64,000 nt of DNA from Myxococcota bacterium (GTDB taxonomy: Bacteria > Myxococcota_A > UBA9042 > DTJE01): contig JAGOKF010000010.1 of assembly GCA_017994695.1 (NCBI GenBank), forward strand, positions 230 through 64,229. The letters run 5' to 3'. Shown in pieces: positions 1-10,206 of this stretch; position 1 is the stretch's first letter; every line of letters starts with the position of its first letter. The position numbers and the translations under genes are program-made. The notes beneath the pieces are model-generated. The model was not told the origin of the DNA. It ran no database searches and worked only from the letters and a program-made list of their open reading frames with translations.

Positions 1-721
1 GGGTCCAGTCGAAGGCGAGGTTCCGGGGGAGCCAGTCCAGGAAGACCCCCAGCACGACCGACAGGGCCACCGAGAACCAGACGAAATTCAGGATGATCTT
101 CAGGTACCAGGACCAGTGGCGGCCGTGATGCCCGATGAAGGGCACCAGGGAGAGGTTCATGGCCCCCAGCAGCAGCAGCATCGGCACCCCGATCCAGGCC
201 ATCCACGGGGTCGCCTGGAAGAGGTGCCCGTTCACCAGCGCCACGGTCGTCAGCGCCGAGGCCGGCCGCGGGAACCCGATGAAGAAGGCCGGGACGTCCA
301 GGCGACGGACGTTGAACCGGGCGAAGCGGATGCTGCCCGAGATGACGGGGATGGCCGCCAGCACCACCGCGATCGCCGCCTGGATTCCGGGATGCGCCTC
401 GAGGCCGGGGAGCACGGTGCCCCTGCGGTAGGCCAGGTACACCAGGAACGAGGGGGCCACCGAGTAGGCGACCAGGTCCGCCACGTTGTCGAACTCGGCC
501 CCGAACTTGTTCATCTGCTTCAGGGCCCGGGCGACCACCCCGTCGAAGGAGTCGAAGAAGAAGGCCACCAGGATGCCGAACCCCGACCAGAACAGGTAGG
601 TCCTGACCTGTTCCAGGGGGGCGTCGGCCGGCAGCCCCATGCCCTCCATCGCGACCAGCATCGTCGCGATGCCCCCGGAGATGTTCCCCACCGTCATCAG
701 GTCCTTGGCCTTGAAAAACAT
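1..721 (-). CDS. pssA: CDP-alcohol phosphatidyltransferase, phosphatidylserine synthase-like (3' end beyond window)
   Basis: Minus-strand frame runs off the window edge and is absent from the ORF track. Translation from ATG (719-721) gives MFFKAKDLMTVGNISGG... with motif FDSFDGVVARA...GAEFDNVADLV (D-G-x2-A-R...G-x3-D-x3-D). The start overlaps the stop of the upstream gene (TGATG). Confidence 0.6.
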   Translation of the reverse strand, partial: MFFKAKDLMTVGNISGGIATMLVAMEGMGLPADAPLEQVRTYLFWSGFGILVAFFFDSFDGVVARALKQMNKFGAEFDNVADLVAYSVAPSFLVYLAYRRGTVLPGLEAHPGIQAAIAVVLAAIPVISGSIRFARFNVRRLDVPAFFIGFPRPASALTTVALVNGHLFQATPWMAWIGVPMLLLLGAMNLSLVPFIGHHGRHWSWYLKIILNFVWFSVALSVVLGVFLDWLPRNLAFDWT

Positions 722-1257
722 CAGTTCACCGTCCCTTTCTTGTCGTCCGGATCGCCCTCCCCGGCAGCCCCGGGGCGATCGTCGTTCCCCGACAGCAGTC
801 CCTCCGGGTCCTCGGCGGCCTCGAGGGATTTCAGGAAGCCCATCCATTGGCGCCGCGATGCCTCGGCGACGTCCTGGGGCTGGGCCTTCCGGAAGACCTC
901 GGTCTTCACGTAGAAGGGGGCTCGGGCGAGCAGGCACAGGATCATCGTGTCCGAGGGCCGCGCATCCAGGTCGGTCATCCGTGCCCCCTGGCGGATCCGC
1001 AGCCGGGCGTAGTAGATGTCCTCCCGGAGGTCGGTGACCTCCCCCTCGACCACGTCCATCCCGAAGGCCTTCAGGGTCTCAAAGAACAGTTCGTGGGTCA
1101 TCGGGCGGGGATGCTCGATGTCCTCCCAGACCATGTCCAGCACCTGGGCCTCGGCCATCCCGATCCGGATCACCAGGGATTCCTCCCCCTCGACTGCCCG
1201 GAGGATCACCACCGGCCCCTCCTCCTCGTCGGGGACCAGGACCCCCAGCACATGCAT
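721..1257 (-). CDS. Bifunctional nuclease (BFN/DUF151) family protein
   Basis: C-terminal 178 aa of ORF 721..2184(-) starting MHVLGVLVPDEEEGPVV...ARPSDTMILCLLARAPFYV, typical of BFN-domain proteins. ATG at 1255-1257. The rest of the long ORF is GC-rich junk. Confidence 0.65.
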   Translation of the reverse strand: MHVLGVLVPDEEEGPVVILRAVEGEESLVIRIGMAEAQVLDMVWEDIEHPRPMTHELFFETLKAFGMDVVEGEVTDLREDIYYARLRIRQGARMTDLDARPSDTMILCLLARAPFYVKTEVFRKAQPQDVAEASRRQWMGFLKSLEAAEDPEGLLSGNDDRPGAAGEGDPDDKKGTVN

Positions 1258-1280
1258 CTCCACCCGACCCGGTCCGCGCC

Positions 1281-2690
1281 TCACGATTCCTCCCAGCGGG
1301 CCAGCGTGCCCCGCAGGCTGTGGGCCAGGATCTCGTCCACCAGGACCCGGGCCATCCGTCCCCGGGCCCGTTCCGGCGGGAGGTCTGATCGGAAGTGGAC
1401 CGGCACGTTGGTCCCGGACCTTCCCTGGACCTCCCCCCGCCGATCCCCGGCGCCCTCCCGGCTCCTCGTCGCGTCCCGAGTCGGCCCCTCGACCAGCACG
1501 TCCAGTTCCCGGCCCCGGTACCGTTCCATCCGGGAGGCCGTGATCCCGTCCTGCAACGCCTGGAGCTCCGCCAGTCGCGCCGCCTTCTCCCCGGCCGGGA
1601 CGTCGTCGGGCCAGCGGGCCGCGGCGGTCCCGGGGCGGGGGGAATAGGCGAAACTGAACATGCCGTCGAACCGGGCTTCCCGGACCAGGGCGAGGGTCGC
1701 CTGGAAGTCCTCCCGGGTCTCCCCGGGAAACCCGACGATCACGTCCGTCGACAGGGCGATGTCCGGGCAGGCCCGCCGGACCCGCTCGAGCCGGCCGAGG
1801 TAGTGGGCCGCCGTGTATCCCCGGTGCATCCTCTGCAGCACCGCGTCCGATCCCGCCTGGACCGGGAGGTGCAGGTAGGGGGCCAGGTTCGGCAGGCTTC
1901 CGAAGAGGTCCAGCAGCCGGTCCTCGGCGTCCGCCGGGTGGGACGTGACGAACCGGATGCGCCGCAGGCCCGGGATCGCCGCGACGGTTTCCAACAAATC
2001 CGCAAACCGGGGTTCCCCCGGCAGGCCCCGGCCCCAGGCATTGACGTTCTGTCCCAGCAGCGTGACCTCCCGGACCCCCGCGGAAACCAGGCCCCGGATC
2101 TCCCGGACCAGCATGTCCGGGGGCTTGCTGGCCTCCCGTCCCCGCACGAAGGGCACGATGCAGTAGGAGCAGAAGCGGTTGCATCCCTTGGTGACGGTGA
2201 CGAAGGCCGTGGGCCCGGGCTCCGACGACGGGTCAACCGGAAGGAAGCGGTAGTCCTCCGGGTCGTCCTGGCCGGTGACCGCGACCCTGCTTCCTTCGTC
2301 CAGGTCCCGGATCATCCCCGGGAGGTCCGGGATCCGATCGGGGCCGAACACCAGGTCCAGCCAGGGAACCCGGTCCAGCAGTTCCCGGCCGTGCTGCTGG
2401 GCGACGCATCCGCAGACCGCGATCTTCATCCCCGGGCGGGACTCCTTCAGGGGCCGCAGGCGGGCCAGCGTCCCCAGGACCTTGTTCTCGGGGCGGGCCC
2501 GGACGCTGCAGGTGTTGATCAGGATGAGGTCGGCCCCGGCCGGGTCCGGCGTCTCCCGGTATCCCAGCCGGGCCAGCACCTGGACGATCCTCCGGCTGTC
2601 GTGGACGTTCATCTGGCAGCCGTGGGTGATCACGTGGACCGTCCGGGACGGCGCGTCGCAGCAGGCATCGGTGGAGGGAGTCCCGATCAT
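1281..2690 (-). CDS. miaB: Radical SAM methylthiotransferase, MiaB-like (tRNA 2-methylthio-N6-isopentenyladenosine synthase family)
   Basis: MTTase N-terminal motif VHVITHGCQMNVHDSRR, radical SAM CxxxCxxC (CNRFCSYCIVP) and C-terminal TRAM domain. ATG at 2690 (MIGTPST...) preferred over the TTG-extended ORF start 2726. Confidence 0.7.
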   Translation of the reverse strand: MIGTPSTDACCDAPSRTVHVITHGCQMNVHDSRRIVQVLARLGYRETPDPAGADLILINTCSVRARPENKVLGTLARLRPLKESRPGMKIAVCGCVAQQHGRELLDRVPWLDLVFGPDRIPDLPGMIRDLDEGSRVAVTGQDDPEDYRFLPVDPSSEPGPTAFVTVTKGCNRFCSYCIVPFVRGREASKPPDMLVREIRGLVSAGVREVTLLGQNVNAWGRGLPGEPRFADLLETVAAIPGLRRIRFVTSHPADAEDRLLDLFGSLPNLAPYLHLPVQAGSDAVLQRMHRGYTAAHYLGRLERVRRACPDIALSTDVIVGFPGETREDFQATLALVREARFDGMFSFAYSPRPGTAAARWPDDVPAGEKAARLAELQALQDGITASRMERYRGRELDVLVEGPTRDATRSREGAGDRRGEVQGRSGTNVPVHFRSDLPPERARGRMARVLVDEILAHSLRGTLARWEES

Positions 2691-2700
2691 GCCCGGGAGA

Positions 2701-4914
2701 CTACTTCCCGCGGCCCACCCGGTCAAGGGCTCGGGGCCTCCGGCGCCTGCTCCCCGGGCGGGTCGGCGGCAGCCGGTCCAGCAGGCGGATCACCCGTTCC
2801 GGCAGGTCCTCCGGAACCGGGGAGAACCGGCCGCCAAAGGCCCTCTCGACGTACCAGCGGGCCAGTTCCCGGGCGGTCTCCCCCGCCTCGGGCACCTCCC
2901 GGGCGACCCGCTCGGCGAACTCCCGCTGGGTCTCGGAGGAGGGCCGCTCGACCCCCCGGGACTCCATCGCCCGGACCAGGGTCCGCCAGGATCGGGCCAC
3001 GGGGTCGGCGGCGGGCAGCAGGCCCGGAGGGACGCGTCGCCGGGTGCGGACCCGCCACAGGACCAGCCAGGCGATGGCCAGGGTCCCGGCAATCCCCAGG
3101 GCCCAGCGCCCCCAGGGCACCGATCGCAGAGCGTCCCGCAGGGCCCGAAGGTCGTCCCTGTTCACGGGAGCGGCGAACCCCGTCTGCCCCCGCCGAACCC
3201 CGAAGAGGGCCGCCAGGGCCGAGACCTGCTTCTCCAGGTTGTATTCCACGACCCACCGGTACCAGGCCAGTTTCCAGGCGTCCAGGGCGTCCGAGACCCC
3301 CTTCCACCAGGAGGACCGAGTCCGGAGGTCCAGCGCCGAGGGCGGCGTGGGATCGAAGGTGACGAATCCGGCCTGGGGGAAGAAGACCTCGACCCAGGAG
3401 TGGGCATCCGCCCGGCGCAGGGCGACGTACCCGCCATAGGGGTTCGGGACGCCGCCGTAGAACCCGTTGACGATCCGGGCGGGCACCCCGGCCAGGCGCA
3501 GCAGCACCACCATGGCCGACGCGAAGTACTCGCAGTGTCCCCGCCGGTCCCGGATCAGGAAGTCGGCCAGGGGATCCTCCTCCCCGTGGGAGACGTCCAG
3601 GGAGTATGTGAACTCCCGGCGCAGGAAGGACTCGACCCGGAGGGCCAGATCGTAGCGGTTCGCCGCGCCCCGGGCCAGGTCCTCGGCCAGCCGCCGCACC
3701 TCCTCCTTCTGGGGCGGCAGGTCCAGCCAGAGGTCCCGGACCCAGGAGGGATCGGGCTCCTCGAGCCGGCGGAGCACCTCCGGGTCCTCCCTCCGGGGAT
3801 CGCTCCAGGCGGTGTAGGTGATGGCGACCTGGGGAGGCCCGGTGACGACCACGTCCCCGGCGTCGTCCACGAAGAACCGCCAGTGGGCAGGCCGCAGGGC
3901 CTCCATCACGCTGGAGGGGCGCTGGAAGGCCAGGATGTCCGGTTCCCCGAAGAGGACCCGGGGCGTTCCGGCCATGGGCTCCAGGTACACCTCCTGGACT
4001 CGCAGACCCCCGTCGTCGTCCGGGATGGGAACCCCCGGAAACAGCACCATCCGTCCCTGGGCGTCCATCCGCATCGGGCGCCGCTTCCGGGTGGTCTTGT
4101 GCCAGGCCTTGCCGTCGTACTGGTCGAGGGACTGTCCCTTCATCCGGAACGGCACCTCGGGCGCCCCTCCGGCGACCCGGACGCGCATCACCACCTCGGG
4201 GTCCTCGACGAGGGTCCCGAAATCCCCCAGCCGCACCTCCTCCGAGAACCCCGTCACCGCCATCCCCCGCCGGGACTGCTGGGCGAAGAAGCCCAGTCCC
4301 AGGCGCGGGACCGCGAAGAAGAAAACCAGGGAGAACAGGAAGACCGCCAGCGTGATCCCCGCGGTCATCCACAGGAAGGCCGGCGGGACGATCCCCTTTC
4401 TGGAGAGAGCCAGTTCCAGGCTCCTGGGGTCGTCCCCGGGCCCTCCCAGCACCGCCTCGACGCCGCCCCGGAGATTCGCCAGCAGGAGGCCCATCGTGAG
4501 GATCACGACGTAGGGGAAGAGCAGCACGCCGAAGGACAGGCCGGGGTTCACCACCGCGGCGGAGATCACCATCAGGAAGGACAGGGCATACACCTGGACG
4601 AAGTCCGGTGCCCGAGAAAGCAGCAGCGCCTTCCAGCAGGCCAGGAAGACGGCATAGAAGATCGCCGCGAACAGGTAGTCCCCGGACCGGACGCCCCAGG
4701 CGGCGACCGCCACCCCAACGGCCAGGGCCAGGACGCCGGCCGACCGACGGACCCACTTCCGGGCGGCCCAGGACCCGACGAACGGGCCGGCCCCCAGGAG
4801 GACGAAGGCCGGAGCCCCGATGGCCCACCCGAACTCCCCGGACAGGAAGAGTGCCAGGAAGGCCGTCCAGAGCGTGCCGGCGGTGACCAGTCGGTGAAAC
4901 CGATCGAAGGGCAT
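2701..4914 (-). CDS. Transglutaminase-like domain membrane protein (TgpA-like: DUF3488 N-terminal TM region, transglutaminase core, DUF4129-like tail)
   Basis: Multi-TM N-terminus. Transglutaminase core RGHCEYFASAMVVLLRLAGVPARIVNGF with Cys-His-Asp arrangement. Third gene of the MoxR/DUF58/TGase triad. Confidence 0.8.
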   Translation of the reverse strand: MPFDRFHRLVTAGTLWTAFLALFLSGEFGWAIGAPAFVLLGAGPFVGSWAARKWVRRSAGVLALAVGVAVAAWGVRSGDYLFAAIFYAVFLACWKALLLSRAPDFVQVYALSFLMVISAAVVNPGLSFGVLLFPYVVILTMGLLLANLRGGVEAVLGGPGDDPRSLELALSRKGIVPPAFLWMTAGITLAVFLFSLVFFFAVPRLGLGFFAQQSRRGMAVTGFSEEVRLGDFGTLVEDPEVVMRVRVAGGAPEVPFRMKGQSLDQYDGKAWHKTTRKRRPMRMDAQGRMVLFPGVPIPDDDGGLRVQEVYLEPMAGTPRVLFGEPDILAFQRPSSVMEALRPAHWRFFVDDAGDVVVTGPPQVAITYTAWSDPRREDPEVLRRLEEPDPSWVRDLWLDLPPQKEEVRRLAEDLARGAANRYDLALRVESFLRREFTYSLDVSHGEEDPLADFLIRDRRGHCEYFASAMVVLLRLAGVPARIVNGFYGGVPNPYGGYVALRRADAHSWVEVFFPQAGFVTFDPTPPSALDLRTRSSWWKGVSDALDAWKLAWYRWVVEYNLEKQVSALAALFGVRRGQTGFAAPVNRDDLRALRDALRSVPWGRWALGIAGTLAIAWLVLWRVRTRRRVPPGLLPAADPVARSWRTLVRAMESRGVERPSSETQREFAERVAREVPEAGETARELARWYVERAFGGRFSPVPEDLPERVIRLLDRLPPTRPGSRRRRPRALDRVGRGK

Positions 4915-4942
4915 CGGGAACTGCTCCCCCCTTCTCCGGGGT

Positions 4943-5974
4943 TCAGGGACGGATGAAGACCGCCTCGGCCCCCGCCTCCTTCCGGAGGAATTCCTCCAGC
5001 CGGCTCTCGATCCCCGGCGGATTCATCTCCATCGCCGGCATCGTCGCCAGGGCGTCCAGCAGACGGAGCCCCTGGGCTTCTCCCGCCCCCGGATCCACCA
5101 CCCCGTTCAGGCTTACCAGCCCGACCCGCCGCCCCCGCCGGATCGCCGCGACGGCCACGGACGCGGCCTTCTCGATCGCCTCCTCCAGCCTGGCCTCGCC
5201 GTCCGCGCCGGGCGGCAGCACGTTGGACAGTGCCACCCACAGCACCGGGGAGGTTAGGCGCTCGAACTCCCGCACCAGCGGCGGGTCGATCCCGGCCGAT
5301 CTCCGGTAGGCGATCCACTTGGGCGGGTCCCCCGGGCGAAAGTCCCGGAGTCCCAGAAAATCCCCTCCGGCGCCGGGCTGCAGGCGCCCTCGCTCGTCGC
5401 CGGGGTCGTTCGGGGGCGCCTCGACCTCGGGAACCGGGTGCACCCTCGGATGGACCAGCACCCGGGTGGGCTCCGGGAGGATCAAGGCCTTCCGGAAGAA
5501 GCCGAAGGGGAAGGTCGTCGCCACGACGAGCCCCCTCACGGCGAACTCGCCCCGACGGGGAAAGGTCAGGCGGGCGACTCCCTCGGCCTCCCCGGACGGG
5601 GACAGGACCAGGAAGCGGGCCGGAATGACGGATGCCCCCAGCACGTCCGGCCAGACCTCCAGGGAGTACGCCGGGCGGCTGCGGGCCACCGACCGGACCC
5701 GGAGGGCGACCAGCGAGGTCCCCGAGACGCTCCCCCGCATCTCGGGCATCGGGTCGCAGCGGATGCCGCGAAGATTGGTTTCGGACAGGATCCCGCTGAG
5801 GACGATCAGGGCCAGGGAGAGGCCGAAGACCAGGTAGAGCAGGTTGTTGCCGGTGTTGACCGCGGCGATCCCCAGGCCCACGGCGACCACGAAGACGACC
5901 CGCCCCTCCCGGGTGAACGACAGTTTCCTGGGGAAGAAGTCGCTGCGCCAGACGTAGTTCGCCAGACGGCCCAT
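4943..5974 (-). CDS. DUF58 family protein (VWA-like, MoxR-associated)
   Basis: Typical DUF58 sequence features (GDFLGLRDFRPGDPPKWIAYRRSA...) and position between the MoxR ATPase and the transglutaminase. Confidence 0.75.
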   Translation of the reverse strand: MGRLANYVWRSDFFPRKLSFTREGRVVFVVAVGLGIAAVNTGNNLLYLVFGLSLALIVLSGILSETNLRGIRCDPMPEMRGSVSGTSLVALRVRSVARSRPAYSLEVWPDVLGASVIPARFLVLSPSGEAEGVARLTFPRRGEFAVRGLVVATTFPFGFFRKALILPEPTRVLVHPRVHPVPEVEAPPNDPGDERGRLQPGAGGDFLGLRDFRPGDPPKWIAYRRSAGIDPPLVREFERLTSPVLWVALSNVLPPGADGEARLEEAIEKAASVAVAAIRRGRRVGLVSLNGVVDPGAGEAQGLRLLDALATMPAMEMNPPGIESRLEEFLRKEAGAEAVFIRP

Positions 5975-5986
5975 CGCCCCCCCGGG

Positions 5987-6949
5987 TCAGTCTCCCGGGA
6001 CCGGCGTCCGGGCCAGGAGGTCCGACAGCACCGCCGAGGCCTCCTCCCGGACCAGGGATCCCTGGACGCCCCGTCCCCGGGGCACGACCCGGTGGGCGCA
6101 GGTGGGAAGCAGCATCGCCTTCACGTCGTCCGCCAGCACGAAGTCCCGCCCCTCCAGCAGGGCCCGGGCCCGGCAGGCCGACATCAGGCTCACCGCCCCC
6201 CGGGTCGAGATCCCCAGTTCCAGGCCCTCGTGGCGCCGGGTCCGCTCCACCAGTTCCATCACGTAGTCCATCACCGGAGCCGGAATGGACACCTCGGCCA
6301 CGCGCCGCTGGGCCTCCAGGATGGCCTCGGGCCCCGTGACCGGCACGACCAGGTCCTCGACCTTGTCCGAATAGCCGTTCACCTCGACGATGCGCCGCTC
6401 GGCCTCCCGGGGCGGGTAGCCGATGGTCAGGCGCACCAGGAAGCGATCCATCTGGGACTCGGGCAGGGGATAGGTCCCGTGGTGCTCGTGGGGGTTCTGG
6501 GTGGCGATCACCAGGAAGGGGTCGGGAAGGGGACGGGTCTCCCGGTCGATGGACACCTGCCTCTCGCTCATGGCCTCCAGCAGCGCGGACTGGGTCCGGG
6601 GACCGGCCCGGTTCACCTCGTCGGCCAGCACCACGTGGGCGAAGATCGGGCCGGGATGGAAGGAGAAGGACTCGTTCCTGGGGGACCAGGTGCTGACCCC
6701 CGTGATGTCCGACGGCAGCAGGTCCGAGGTGAACTGGATCCGCCGGAAGTCCCCGCCGATGGCCCGGGCCAGCGCCCGGGCCAGCACCGTCTTGCCGGCC
6801 CCCGGGACGTCCTCCAGCAGCACGTGTCCCCTGGCCAGCAGCGCCGTCACGGCGTGGGTGACCACCCCCTCCTTTCCCAGGAAGACCTTCTCGACCTCCC
6901 GCACCACCGCGGATCCCAACAGGGCCGCCTGTTGAAGCGACGGACTCAA
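5987..6949 (-). CDS. MoxR-like AAA+ ATPase
   Basis: Walker A GHVLLEDVPGAGKT and MoxR signature. Proposed TTG start 6947-6949 with upstream GGGAGGGGAG, overlapping the upstream stop (TTGA). In-frame ATG at 7039 would add an Arg-rich 30 aa and a 90-nt overlap. Confidence 0.75.
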   Translation of the reverse strand: MSPSLQQAALLGSAVVREVEKVFLGKEGVVTHAVTALLARGHVLLEDVPGAGKTVLARALARAIGGDFRRIQFTSDLLPSDITGVSTWSPRNESFSFHPGPIFAHVVLADEVNRAGPRTQSALLEAMSERQVSIDRETRPLPDPFLVIATQNPHEHHGTYPLPESQMDRFLVRLTIGYPPREAERRIVEVNGYSDKVEDLVVPVTGPEAILEAQRRVAEVSIPAPVMDYVMELVERTRRHEGLELGISTRGAVSLMSACRARALLEGRDFVLADDVKAMLLPTCAHRVVPRGRGVQGSLVREEASAVLSDLLARTPVPGD

Positions 6950-9270
6950 CGACTCCCCTCCCGGGCCATGGAACGCATCCGTTCCACCAGGACCTTGACC
7001 GTTTTCGAACCGCAGGCGACGCCGGGGAGGAACCCGCATCCGTCCCAGGACACCACGGACTCCCTTCCCGGGTCCGCCGCCGCCCGGGCAACATAGGCAT
7101 CCCGGACGTCCGTGGGAAGGCCGGCCCCGGGAAGCACCCATAGGACGTGGCCCTCGGCCTTGCCGGCAGCGGATTCGGCATCGACCCGGGACACGATGGC
7201 GGCCGCGGCTCCGGCCCGCCGGAGGTCCCAGCGAACCCTCAGGGCCTCCTGGGGATCCCCCTTGGGGCCGGCCAGGGCCCGGGCGAAGACGCGGGCGAAG
7301 GCCCCGTCGAGGACCTCCGGGCGGAAGCGCTGCTGGGTCTCGACGATCTCCTCGATCCAGGGACGGAAGGGTTCCTCCAGGGCCTCGCGAAGGGCGCGGT
7401 CCAGGTCCTCCGGCCGCCCGGGCAGCGGCGAGGCGATCGCGCCCACCGCCGCGACCACTTCGGGCATCCCGATCCCCAGCCACCGGGCCCAGGTTCCCCC
7501 GATGCCTGACGAAACGAGCATCACCCGGCCCGCCCCCAGCAGCCCGGCCAGGCAGCGGACCTGTCCAGGCGTCGCCAGTCCGGCCCGGGCCTCGGGGCTG
7601 TCCCCCTCCAGGGACACCAGAGCCACCTGCCCGTCATCGGCGAGGTCCCAGATCCACGGCTCCGCCCACGAGAGGTCCATGCCCGGACCGCCGGGCAGCA
7701 CCAGGGCCACCGGCCCCTTCTTCCCCAGGACCCGGGCCGAGGCCCCCTCGCAGGAGACCTCCCGGGACTTCGGAGCCTTGGGCATCCGGGGCGCCCCGAC
7801 CCAGCGCACCTTGCCCTTGCGGGGAGCCTCCAGGCCCATCACCCAGGCGGCCCGGTTCGCCGCCGCGGCGACCTCGGGGTCCCTGTGGGACAGCGCCGAG
7901 GCCACTGCGGACACCTCCCCCTCCCCTCCCAGGAAGGCCAGCACCTCGAGGGCCTTCCCGGCGACCTTCGGCTCCTCGTAACTGGGCTGGCGCCTGGCGA
8001 GGGCCAGGATCGACGAGTCCCCCAGATGCCACCCGACCTCCAGGGCCAGCACCCGGAGGGAAGGGTCCGGGTCCTCTTCGGCCAGTTCCCTCACCAGGTC
8101 CGCCAACGCGTCCGCCCGGGTCTCCTCCAGGACCAGCAGCCCCGCCTTCCGGATGGCCGGGTCCCCGTCGGAAAGGGCCGCCCGCAGCGGCTCCCCGATG
8201 GCCTCGGGCCCGAAGGAGGCCAGGGCCTTCAGCAGGGTCGTCCTGGGGACGGCCCCCTTCCCCTGCAGGAATCGCGACGCCAGTGCCTGCCGCCCCTCGG
8301 GGGTCCGGTGGGTGGTCAGGAAGCGCAGCAGGAACTCCCGTACCCGGGGAGCCGGGTGATCGAGGAGCGGGATCAGGGCGGCGGTGGCTCCGGGCCCCGC
8401 GGCCAGCAGGCACTGCTGAATGCCCTCGTTCCGACCGTCCCCGGTCCGGAGGGCGAATACCAGCCCTTCCAGCCCCGGATCTCCCATGTCCAGCAGCAGC
8501 CGGCACGCCAGGTCCCGGTCCTCCTGCTCCCCGAGCGCCCGGGTCAGGGAGGGGACCGCTTCGGTCCGCTCCCGCATCGCGAGCCCCCGGAGGAGCCGGG
8601 CCCGGAACTCCGGGGCACGATCCCGCCGGGCCAGTTCCTCCCAGGCCTGCACCAGACAGGCGGCCAGCCCCTCGGAAGGCGATCCCAGCATCGCGTCCAG
8701 CGCCAGGTCCCGGAGGTCCCCGTCCGTTCCCAGGATCCAGGGACATCCCAGCCCGGTGTCCACCGGGGTCTTCCGCGTTCGCACCTGCGTCCACGCCGCG
8801 CGGAACACCGGCTCCCAGGCGGCCTCGCGCCCCATCGCCTTCCCCTCGGCCAGGAGGCGCAGGACCCCCTTGCCGAACTCCGGGCAGGAGAAGCGGCCCT
8901 CGTCCCCGGCCAGGGCCGCCCTGGCGAGGGCGGGGCGGCGGATGCCCAGCCGGTTCCCCACGAAGAGGCACCCGGCCTCTCCCTGGGCCTCGGCCACCCG
9001 GACCACCCGGGCAGCGATCTCGTCGTCCTCGGGCCGGGCGTCGGCCACGGCGGCGAGCCCCTTCTCCCAGCGGGGCAACAGGTCCTTTCGGGACAGGAGG
9101 AACTCCTCGGCCCGGTCGCCCTCCTCCCCCGGGGCCGCCAGGGACTTCAGGGCCTGTTCCGGGGTCCGGAAGGGCTTCGGGGCCTGGGAAGGCCGGGCCC
9201 ATGCAACGGCGGCCGTGCACGCCAGCCACCCCACCGTGATCACCGTGTTGCACCAGCGGTTCCCTGCCAT
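6946..9270 (-). CDS. Secreted HEAT/PBS-lyase-repeat protein, hypothetical
   Basis: Signal peptide MAGNRWCNTVITVGWLACTAAVAWA, repeated helical HEAT-like units, RBS AGAGGGGG before ATG 9270. Coupled to MoxR gene by TTGA overlap. Confidence 0.55.
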   Translation of the reverse strand: MAGNRWCNTVITVGWLACTAAVAWARPSQAPKPFRTPEQALKSLAAPGEEGDRAEEFLLSRKDLLPRWEKGLAAVADARPEDDEIAARVVRVAEAQGEAGCLFVGNRLGIRRPALARAALAGDEGRFSCPEFGKGVLRLLAEGKAMGREAAWEPVFRAAWTQVRTRKTPVDTGLGCPWILGTDGDLRDLALDAMLGSPSEGLAACLVQAWEELARRDRAPEFRARLLRGLAMRERTEAVPSLTRALGEQEDRDLACRLLLDMGDPGLEGLVFALRTGDGRNEGIQQCLLAAGPGATAALIPLLDHPAPRVREFLLRFLTTHRTPEGRQALASRFLQGKGAVPRTTLLKALASFGPEAIGEPLRAALSDGDPAIRKAGLLVLEETRADALADLVRELAEEDPDPSLRVLALEVGWHLGDSSILALARRQPSYEEPKVAGKALEVLAFLGGEGEVSAVASALSHRDPEVAAAANRAAWVMGLEAPRKGKVRWVGAPRMPKAPKSREVSCEGASARVLGKKGPVALVLPGGPGMDLSWAEPWIWDLADDGQVALVSLEGDSPEARAGLATPGQVRCLAGLLGAGRVMLVSSGIGGTWARWLGIGMPEVVAAVGAIASPLPGRPEDLDRALREALEEPFRPWIEEIVETQQRFRPEVLDGAFARVFARALAGPKGDPQEALRVRWDLRRAGAAAAIVSRVDAESAAGKAEGHVLWVLPGAGLPTDVRDAYVARAAADPGRESVVSWDGCGFLPGVACGSKTVKVLVERMRSMAREGSR

Positions 9271-9530
9271 CTTCAGCCCCCTCTGCCAGTCCCGCCGTGA
9301 CGCCCGGCCCGGGAAACACCACGGCGAGGGAAGTCTAGCACGCGAGGAATCGACCGACGGAACACGGAGTACACACCTGGAAGGTCGGCTTCCGGCATTC
9401 GGCGGACCCGGACCGGACGACGAAGGCCTTCCGGAGCCCCGGATGGAACTTCCCGTCCGGGCCTCGCACCCGCATCCCTGCCTCGGATCAGGGTCCGGGA
9501 AGAAGAACCCGGATCGCCTGCGATCCGGTC

Positions 9531-9944
9531 CTAGAAGCGGCCGCCCCGGTCCCGGTCGTGGCCCCGATCCCGGCCCCGGCCGCCCCGGTCCTCGAAGCCC
9601 GTGTCGTAGCCGCCACCGGCGTTGTATCCCCGGTCGCCGCCACGGCTTCCGCCGGAATACCCGCCGCCGTAGCCGCCGCCCCGGGGTCCCCGATCCTCGC
9701 GGGGACGGGGCTCATCGACCTTGATGGCCCGGCCGTCGAGCATCGAACCGTCCAGTTCGGCCTTGGCCCGGCTCGCCGCCTCTTCCGTCGCGAACGTGAC
9801 GAACCCGAATCCCTTGGATCGCCCGGTCGCGCGATCCATCACGACCGTCGCCTCGATCACCTCCCCGAACCGCTCGCACGCGGCCCGCAGAGAAGCGTCC
9901 GTCGTCGCCCACGCCAGACCACCGAAAAACAGCTTCGTCCCCAT
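9531..9944 (-). CDS. RRM-type RNA-binding protein with Gly/Arg-rich tail
   Basis: RNP-2 LFFGGL and RNP-1 KGFGFVTF motifs. C-terminal RGG/GGY repeats. RBS GGGAGGAG before ATG 9942-9944. Confidence 0.85.
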   Translation of the reverse strand: MGTKLFFGGLAWATTDASLRAACERFGEVIEATVVMDRATGRSKGFGFVTFATEEAASRAKAELDGSMLDGRAIKVDEPRPREDRGPRGGGYGGGYSGGSRGGDRGYNAGGGYDTGFEDRGGRGRDRGHDRDRGGRF

Positions 9945-10206
9945 CGAACTCCTCCCAAGAACCCCCGGGAAACCCACCGCCCGGCCGGTCGTCCGCCCCT
10001 TGCGGACCTGCGGAAGGCCATCATCCGTCGTCCCTGGTACCCGGGGACCCGGACAGGCCAAGGAACCCCTGAACGCACATCCAGCGAATCGAAGACAGGA
10101 CAGGAGAAGTCGTCGGGGACGCGTCCGGAACCAAGGCCTCTGTGCCGCCTCCAGCGATGCGTCAAAAGTACGCGGCCTGGGGATTGGCTGTCAAGCCCCG
10201 GATCCG

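Noticed and set aside
116-9322. Plus-strand ORFs 116..913, 1395..3362, 2275..4956, 5438..7096, 7885..9300 and minus-strand ORFs 2723..4828, 4572..7181, 7634..9322
   Set aside because: Biased composition (R/G/P/H). Alternative frames of pssA, miaB, transglutaminase, DUF58, MoxR and HEAT genes, all of which have recognisable motifs.
9480-9525. Possible terminator hairpin after RRM gene (CCGGG-aagaagaa-CCCGG)
   Set aside because: Only a 5-bp stem and no U-tract. Too weak to call.
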